From positions 1 through 61,383 of the forward strand of contig DBDW01000003.1 of the NCBI GenBank assembly GCA_002293825.1: 61,383 nt of DNA. The letters run 5' to 3'. This stretch comes from Candidatus Magasanikbacteria bacterium UBA922 (GTDB lineage Bacteria; Patescibacteriota; Patescibacteriia; Magasanikbacterales; UBA922). The number at the start of each line of letters is the position of its first letter. Position 1 is the first letter of the stretch. Below the pieces are notes generated by a model that had not been told where the DNA came from, ran no database searches, and saw only the letters and a program-made list of their open reading frames with translations. The position numbers and the translations under genes were made by a program. Below, piece after piece: positions 55,586 to 61,383 of this stretch.

Positions 55586-56938
55586 ATGCATTTACAATTT
55601 TGTGGCGCCAATCGAGAAGTTACTGGATCGTGCCACCTTCTTCAGACCAAGCATAAGCGGATTTTAGTTGATTGCGGAATTTTTCAAGGTTCTGATTTTA
55701 ATGCGGGTAAAAATTTTGATGATTTTCCGTTTGACCCTCGTAGTATTGACGTGCTTTTGGTTACTCATGCGCATCACGATCATGTGGGCAGGATTCCGAA
55801 ATTAGTTCGAGATGGATTTGAAGGGCCGATCTATATGACGAGAGCAACGACTGAGCTTGCTCCTTTGATTTGGGAAGATGCATTGTCTATCATGTCTCAT
55901 GATCGAGAAAAATTTGAATACCCTATGTTGTATGAGGCGGAAGACGTTGCACGCGCACGATCATTGTGTCGTGGGGTTGAGTATGATCAGATCGTAGATC
56001 TTTCTGGTGGGGTAACTGCGATTTGGAAAGATGCGGGACATATTTTCGGTTCAGCGTTTATCGAAGTTATGGCTGATGGAACACGAATAGGATTTTCTGG
56101 AGATATAGGGAATGATGGAGTACCGATTCTTCGGGAGACCGATATACTTGATCCGGTAGATGTATTGTTGTGTGAATCTACCTATGGAGACCGGGTGCAT
56201 GAGCCGATAGAGTCTCGTCGAGCAGTGATTTTGCAGGCACTCAGGCGAGGAATTGCTCGTGGAGGCACGATTATGGTTCCTGCGTTTTCTCTTGAGCGCA
56301 CACAGGAATTGTTGTACGAATTGAATACGCTTTCCGAGTATGATCGTACGCTTCCCAATATTCCTGTGTTTGTGGATAGCCCTTTGGCAATCGATGCGAC
56401 AGAAGTATATGAAAAATATCATGAATATTACGATAGTGAAGCTCAGAAGAAATTTCGAGCAGGTGATAATTTTTTTGACTTTCCTAATTTACATCTTACG
56501 TATACCAAAACTGAATCACAGCAATTGAATACCTTGAAAGGTCCTAAGATTATTATTGCCGGCGCAGGCATGATGAATGGTGGTAGAATTCAGCATCACG
56601 CGATTCGGTATTTACCGGATCCACATTCCACGGTATTGTTTATCGGATATCAGGCTGCTCATACGCCTGGTAGACGTATTCTTGATGGTGAAAAACAGGT
56701 TACTTTACTTCGTCAAAATATTCAGGTAGAGTGTGCAGTCGAGTATGTGTCTGCATTGTCTGGACACGGAGATCAGGAAAAACTCGCCCGCTGGATCAAG
56801 AGTGCGGGGAGTGCGCCTGATCGAGTGTTTTGTGTTCATGGTGAGGAACAAGCATCACTTACTTTTAGGAGTCTTATTGAACGAGATATTGGAGTTTCTG
56901 CCTATGTTCCTGCGTACGAAGAAATTATTGAAATTTAG
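55586..56938 (+). CDS. MBL-fold beta-CASP ribonuclease (CPSF/RNase J-related)
   Basis: HAHHDHVGRIP (HxHxDH), beta-CASP motifs and a C-terminal HGE. Confidence 0.8.
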   Translation: MHLQFCGANREVTGSCHLLQTKHKRILVDCGIFQGSDFNAGKNFDDFPFDPRSIDVLLVTHAHHDHVGRIPKLVRDGFEGPIYMTRATTELAPLIWEDALSIMSHDREKFEYPMLYEAEDVARARSLCRGVEYDQIVDLSGGVTAIWKDAGHIFGSAFIEVMADGTRIGFSGDIGNDGVPILRETDILDPVDVLLCESTYGDRVHEPIESRRAVILQALRRGIARGGTIMVPAFSLERTQELLYELNTLSEYDRTLPNIPVFVDSPLAIDATEVYEKYHEYYDSEAQKKFRAGDNFFDFPNLHLTYTKTESQQLNTLKGPKIIIAGAGMMNGGRIQHHAIRYLPDPHSTVLFIGYQAAHTPGRRILDGEKQVTLLRQNIQVECAVEYVSALSGHGDQEKLARWIKSAGSAPDRVFCVHGEEQASLTFRSLIERDIGVSAYVPAYEEIIEI

Positions 56939-56948
56939 TGTATACGTG

Positions 56949-57710
56949 ATGGTTTTTTGTGCAGTTTCGTGCGGTGTGTTTTTTTATTCACCGATTGTAT
57001 TACACTCTGAACAGACGAATGATGCTGATGGGGATGGTCTTAGTGACGAAGACGAAGTCATGTATTATACGGATCCGTTTAATGCTGATACTGATGGTGA
57101 TAGTTTTTTTGATGGTGATGAGATTGTGCATGGGTATTCTCCCTTGGCACCAGACAAGACGACGATGGAGCAGCATGATTATGATCGTGATGGACTGTAT
57201 GATGCACAGGAAATTTTGTTTGGTAGTGATATTGGAAAACTTGATACTGATGGAGATGGATTTTCTGATTTTCAAGAAGTGGCTCATGGGTATAGTCCAA
57301 TTGATATCTCGACTACTACTCGATTTGTTCGTGAAATCAAGGTTGATCGCACCAATCAGCGTTTGTATTTTGTGGTAAATTCGGTGAAAATATTTGATTT
57401 TCCGGTATCCACAGGTAATCCGTGGACACCGACACCTGCCGGGCAATTCACGATTGATTGGATGATACCTGAAAAGAGTTATATTGGTCCTGATTATCAT
57501 ATTCCGAATGTGAAATGGAATATGCGTTTTAAACCTTTGTATTATATTCATGCTGCGTATTGGCATGATAGTTTTGGTGTCCGAACTATGTCGAGAGGGT
57601 GTGTGAATATGCGTGAAGATGATGCTGAACTTTTGTATCAGTTTGTTGAACCAGGTATGACTGTCGAGATTTTTGGGGATACACCACAGCGACGGGTGGT
57701 GGAGGTTTAG
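56949..57710 (+). CDS. L,D-transpeptidase (YkuD domain) with four thrombospondin-type-3-like Ca-binding repeats
   Basis: DADGDGLSDEDE, DTDGDSFFDGDE, DYDRDGLYDAQE and DTDGDGFSDFQE. The catalytic region is HAAYWHDSFG...SRGCVNM. The track start at 56733 overlaps the RNase gene. Confidence 0.8.
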   Translation: MVFCAVSCGVFFYSPIVLHSEQTNDADGDGLSDEDEVMYYTDPFNADTDGDSFFDGDEIVHGYSPLAPDKTTMEQHDYDRDGLYDAQEILFGSDIGKLDTDGDGFSDFQEVAHGYSPIDISTTTRFVREIKVDRTNQRLYFVVNSVKIFDFPVSTGNPWTPTPAGQFTIDWMIPEKSYIGPDYHIPNVKWNMRFKPLYYIHAAYWHDSFGVRTMSRGCVNMREDDAELLYQFVEPGMTVEIFGDTPQRRVVEV

Positions 57711-57769
57711 GATGGAATTTATCTGAAATTATTAGTATACTATAAGATATTTAACGATTTTTTTGTTTT

Positions 57770-59830
57770 GTGAAATTTAGATTAGTATCTTCATATAAAC
57801 CATCAGGAGATCAACCGAAAGCCATCGAAGCTTTGGTTTCTGGTATTGAAAAAAAGTTTGATCGTCAGGCACTGCTCGGTGTTACTGGTTCTGGAAAAAC
57901 GTTCACTATTGCGAATGTGATAGAAAAAATTCAAAGACCCACACTCGTGATTGCACACAATAAAACACTTGCCGCACAATTGTGTAATGAATTTCGTGAA
58001 TTTTTTCCAGATAATGCAGTTGAATATTTTGTGTCCTATTATGATTATTATCAGCCTGAAGCATACGTGCCTTCGAGTGATACCTATATCGAAAAAGAGG
58101 CACAGGTCAATGAAGAAATTGATCGATTACGTCATGCGTGCACCCAAGCATTACTCACTCGTGAGGATGTGATTATCGTAGCTTCGGTTTCTGCGATTTA
58201 TGGCCTCGGTTCACCGACTGAGTATGAAAAGATTGTGCTACATCTAAAAAAGGATCAGCCAATGCAACGGACCGAGATGATGGAGCAGCTAATTGAAATG
58301 CAGTTTGAGCGCACCAACGCAGATTTGAAACGTGGAAGTTTCCGTATGCGTGGACAGGTTTTTGAAATCATGCCTGTCAATGAGGAGCGGATTTATCGTT
58401 TTGAAATTAGTAATAAAATCGATCGGATTGAAGTCGTCGATGCTGTTACTCGAAACGTATATCGTGAAATTGAGGATGCGTGGTTTTTTCCTGCAAAACA
58501 TTATGTTACGAGTGAGAGTTCTCGTGAACGAGCATTTACGACGATTAAAGAAGAGTTGAAAAAACAATTAGAATTATTTAAACAGCAGGGAAAAGTATTG
58601 GAATACGAGCGACTGAAACGTCGTGTGTCGTATGATTTGGAAATGATCAAGAATCTTGGTTATTGCAATGGTATTGAGAATTATTCAAGACATTTTGAAG
58701 AACGCGCTGAAGGCGAGGCTTCGTTTACATTACTTGATTATTTTGCACATGCTGGACGAAAATTTCTTACGGTTATTGATGAATCTCACGTGACTGTTCC
58801 TCAGATTCGGGGGATGTATCGCGGGGACCGTGCACGTAAAGATGTGTTGGTAGAGCATGGTTTTAGACTTCCATCAGCTCGCGACAATCGTCCGCTTACA
58901 TTTGATGAATTCACTGATCGAATTCAGCAGACTGTTTTTGTATCTGCTACCCCAGCTGAATATGAGCTCTCAGAAAGTTCTCAGGTGGTCGAACAGATCG
59001 TACGACCTACTGGATTGGTAGATCCTGAGGTGATTATTAGACCTGTTACTGGAAAAGGTCCAGATGTACTTTCTCAGGTAGATGATGTGATAATTCGTAT
59101 TCAGGAACGTATTACAAAAGGTGAGCGTGCGTTGGTGACCACGTTGACCAAGAAAATGGCAGAAGATCTGACTGAATTTCTCAAAGAGAAGGGGATCAAG
59201 GTTCATTATTTGCATAGTGATATTTTGACGATTGAGCGGATTGAAATTATTATGGCTCTTCGAAAAGGCGAGGTAGATGTAATTGTTGGTGTCAATTTAC
59301 TTCGTGAAGGATTGGATATTCCAGAAGTTTCATTGGTGGCGATTCTTGATGCTGATAAAGAAGGTTTTTTGCGCAATGAGACTAGTCTGATTCAGACGAT
59401 CGGACGCGCTGCTCGTAATGCCAATGGGCTGGTCGTACTGTATGCGGATCATATAACGGAATCTATTACCAACGCAGTGGGCGAGACAGAGCGTCGTCGA
59501 GAAATTCAACTTGCATATAATACAAAACATGGAATTACTCCTAAAACTATTGAAAAAACAATTCGAAACATGCTCGAAGAATTTGGGCTTACGGCTGGAA
59601 AAGGAAGTTCACGAGGTGCTAAACAGAAGAAAACACGCAGAGAAAGTGTGCTCGAACTCGATTTGAAGGGAGATGGACGTCCGCTTGAAGAAATTATTCG
59701 TGATAAACAATCTCAGATGAAAGAGGCTGCTAAAAATCTCGAATTTGAAGTGGCAGCATTACTACGTGACGAGATTCGTGAATTATCATTGCGTGTGAAG
59801 TCTTCGGACTCTACGAAGAAAAAGAAGTAG
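57770..59830 (+). CDS. uvrB: Excinuclease ABC subunit B
   Basis: GTG start. FRLVSSYKPSGDQPKAI, GVTGSGKT, DESH and a C-terminal UVR domain (AALLRDEIREL). Confidence 0.96.
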   Translation: MKFRLVSSYKPSGDQPKAIEALVSGIEKKFDRQALLGVTGSGKTFTIANVIEKIQRPTLVIAHNKTLAAQLCNEFREFFPDNAVEYFVSYYDYYQPEAYVPSSDTYIEKEAQVNEEIDRLRHACTQALLTREDVIIVASVSAIYGLGSPTEYEKIVLHLKKDQPMQRTEMMEQLIEMQFERTNADLKRGSFRMRGQVFEIMPVNEERIYRFEISNKIDRIEVVDAVTRNVYREIEDAWFFPAKHYVTSESSRERAFTTIKEELKKQLELFKQQGKVLEYERLKRRVSYDLEMIKNLGYCNGIENYSRHFEERAEGEASFTLLDYFAHAGRKFLTVIDESHVTVPQIRGMYRGDRARKDVLVEHGFRLPSARDNRPLTFDEFTDRIQQTVFVSATPAEYELSESSQVVEQIVRPTGLVDPEVIIRPVTGKGPDVLSQVDDVIIRIQERITKGERALVTTLTKKMAEDLTEFLKEKGIKVHYLHSDILTIERIEIIMALRKGEVDVIVGVNLLREGLDIPEVSLVAILDADKEGFLRNETSLIQTIGRAARNANGLVVLYADHITESITNAVGETERRREIQLAYNTKHGITPKTIEKTIRNMLEEFGLTAGKGSSRGAKQKKTRRESVLELDLKGDGRPLEEIIRDKQSQMKEAAKNLEFEVAALLRDEIRELSLRVKSSDSTKKKK

Positions 59831-59842
59831 ATTTTATAGCAC

Positions 59843-59871
59843 AAAAAAGATCCCTCGACAAGGGATTTTTT
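59843..59871 (+). terminator. Intrinsic terminator after uvrB
   Basis: AAAAAGATCCCT-CGACA-AGGGATTTTTT. Confidence 0.8.
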
Positions 59872-59951
59872 GTTATAAAATAGGGTCTTTTGTGTATAAG
59901 ATTTTGTGTGGATAAAATAGCTTTATAAAGCTTAAAACAGATATATTTTTG

Positions 59952-59960
59952 TGGTATACT
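59952..59960 (+). promoter_or_regulatory. Extended -10 promoter candidate (TGgTATACT) for the terminal surface-protein gene
   Basis: Followed by an 8-bp inverted repeat TTTGTACA-5 nt-TGTACAAA (59964-59984). Preceded by the 14-nt palindrome AGCTTTATAAAGCT (59919-59932). Confidence 0.4.
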
Positions 59961-59996
59961 TACTTTGTACATTTTTTGTACAAAAAACATTTTCAA

Positions 59997-61383
59997 ATGA
60001 GCTTGTCGTATTTGAAAAAAAATAAAAGTGGTCTACTATTTTTTTTGATTACCATCCTGGCTGTAGGATTGGGAATTTTGTATACCCAATTCAGTGTAGA
60101 TGCGGCAGCTCCAAAGATTATCAATCATCAAGGTCGTCTGCTTAATTCTGGAGGAAATTTATTGGGTGGAGTAGGAACTAATTATTGTTTTCGTTTTTCT
60201 TTGTACGATAATGCTACCGTTGGTATCGGTACCAAAGTGTGGCCGGTGGGAACGCCTGCTACGATGACTGTGATGGTTCGACAGGGAATTTTCAATGTTG
60301 GAATTGGAGATACTGCTGCTGGTGGAGATGTGCTTGATTTTAATTTTGAAGATGTTGAGAATGTATTTCTCAATGTGGAAGTTGCACCTTCGATTGCTGG
60401 CTCTTGTGTTGGGGTGAGTTCTTTTGAGACGTTGAGTCCTCGTCAGCGCGTGGCGTCTTCTGGATATGCTATTAATGCAAACACACTTCGCGGTTTTTCT
60501 CCTAGTCAGCTTGCACTTGGTAATCAGATTCCGGTTTTGAATTCTGGAAATTTGACTTTGGGAGGTACGAATCCCCAGGTCAATGCTACAGGTACTAATG
60601 CACTTGTGTTGCAAGGAGGTGGTGGTACGGGTGATGTACAATTTTTCAATGGATTGAATAAAATTACGTCGAGTGGTGCTTTGACTTTGGTAGGGCCTAT
60701 TACTGCCGCAGGTCTCACGGTAAATACGGTAACTACTACCAATGTAGTCGCTGTTGCGATTGGGTTTCATTCAGCGTCTGGCACGTCGATTACGAGTACT
60801 AATATTTTTGGTACGAGTTTGTCGGTAGGTGCGACGACTACGCTTAATAATATGATGGTGACTGGAAATTTCTTCCAGAGTGGATTAGGTGATTGTAGTT
60901 CTGAAACACAAAATATTTTATATAATGCAACAACAGGAAAATTTTCATGTGGAATTGATAATGCTAGCATGAGTTCTAGTACGGCTGGTGGTGCGGACAC
61001 GTATATTCAATTCAATGATGGGGGTGTGTTTAATGGAAGTTCGGCTCTCACGTTCAATTCTTCAACCAATGTACTTGCGGCCACAAATATCCAAGTAGGG
61101 AATGCACTTTCGTTTTTTACTGCATCAGGAACTTCGATTACTTCTACAAATGCGTTTTTTGCTACTGCTGGTATTACTAATTTGACTCTTGGTGGGGAGA
61201 CGGTTACTGATTTTACTGGCGCAGGACTTACGATCAATGCGGGTTCGTTGGAGCTTGCGGCAAATTATTTGGATGGTTCGGTATTTGATAGTCGTTTTCT
61301 CACACTCGCACAATGGAATGCAACTACGACTGACGCACTCGACGAAGGATTAACTAACCTCTACTTCACGGATACTCGTGCAC
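59997..61383 (+). CDS. Large secreted/surface protein, 3'-truncated by the contig end (not in the ORF track)
   Basis: I translated the frame starting at the ATG at 59997 to base 61382 without meeting a stop (462 codons). The product has an N-terminal signal anchor (LLFFLITILAVGLGILY), then Gly/Thr/Asn/Ser-rich beta-type repeats (TSITSTN.F..., LTLGG...). Confidence 0.75.
   Translation, partial: MSLSYLKKNKSGLLFFLITILAVGLGILYTQFSVDAAAPKIINHQGRLLNSGGNLLGGVGTNYCFRFSLYDNATVGIGTKVWPVGTPATMTVMVRQGIFNVGIGDTAAGGDVLDFNFEDVENVFLNVEVAPSIAGSCVGVSSFETLSPRQRVASSGYAINANTLRGFSPSQLALGNQIPVLNSGNLTLGGTNPQVNATGTNALVLQGGGGTGDVQFFNGLNKITSSGALTLVGPITAAGLTVNTVTTTNVVAVAIGFHSASGTSITSTNIFGTSLSVGATTTLNNMMVTGNFFQSGLGDCSSETQNILYNATTGKFSCGIDNASMSSSTAGGADTYIQFNDGGVFNGSSALTFNSSTNVLAATNIQVGNALSFFTASGTSITSTNAFFATAGITNLTLGGETVTDFTGAGLTINAGSLELAANYLDGSVFDSRFLTLAQWNATTTDALDEGLTNLYFTDTRA

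Noticed and set aside
56733-56948. 72-codon N-terminal extension of the L,D-transpeptidase
   Set aside because: It lies entirely within the beta-CASP RNase gene in another frame. The ATG at 56949 or GTG at 56946 precedes a signal-anchor-like segment.

Overview
A dense 61.4-kb contig fragment with about 60 protein genes, 5 intact tRNAs and one decayed tRNA fragment. No rRNA, CRISPR array, transposase, integrase or prophage block is visible. The standard genetic code fits, because TGA, TAA and TAG all close ORFs at family-typical lengths. Most of the content is housekeeping:
- Translation and RNA: glyQS behind a T-box leader, rpmG, typA, lepA, cca, a DEAD-box helicase, a beta-CASP RNase, rnhA.
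- Repair: recJ, uvrB.
- Proteostasis: CIRCE-hrcA-grpE-hsp20-orphan-dnaK-dnaJ, plus yidC and an SPFH protein.
- Envelope: uppP, murJ, an L,D-transpeptidase, several glycosyltransferases, a DMT transporter, a GH-A-like hydrolase.
- Two MacB/FtsX-type ABC systems, an ECF sigma factor with a DUF5667-like partner, and two large repeat-rich surface proteins that run off both contig ends.

Small genes, Fn3 and tail-fibre-like giant proteins, a DUF5667 partner and a Ca-repeat L,D-transpeptidase suggest a small-genome CPR/Patescibacteria-like bacterium. That assignment is inference only.

Main observations:
1. Bases 1-19 are a Tn5/Nextera adapter, so the first ORF start is artefactual.
2. The tRNA-Trp locus is rebuilt around a free-standing GIY-YIG nuclease gene: a decayed tRNA 5' half, a palindrome, the ORF, then the intact tRNA 2 nt after the stop codon. 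This is the best candidate for a small, undescribed tRNA-targeting mobile cassette.
3. The glyQS T-box has a canonical UGGAACC antiterminator bulge but an unusually compact 5' part.
4. The heat-shock operon has a short HrcA, a CIRCE covering the whole leader, and an hsp20 / structured spacer / orphan ORF insertion between grpE and dnaK.
5. A tRNA-flanked islet encodes a protein with three tandem 70-aa HTH-like repeats, convergent with a membrane-anchored HExxH protein.
6. A GT2 domain is fused to a ~470-aa polytopic membrane domain.
7. A long ORF that is open to the 3' contig end is missing from the supplied ORF track.

Near-consensus TTGACA-17-TATACT promoters recur throughout. All coordinates and motifs were read by eye. 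No database search or folding computation was run.
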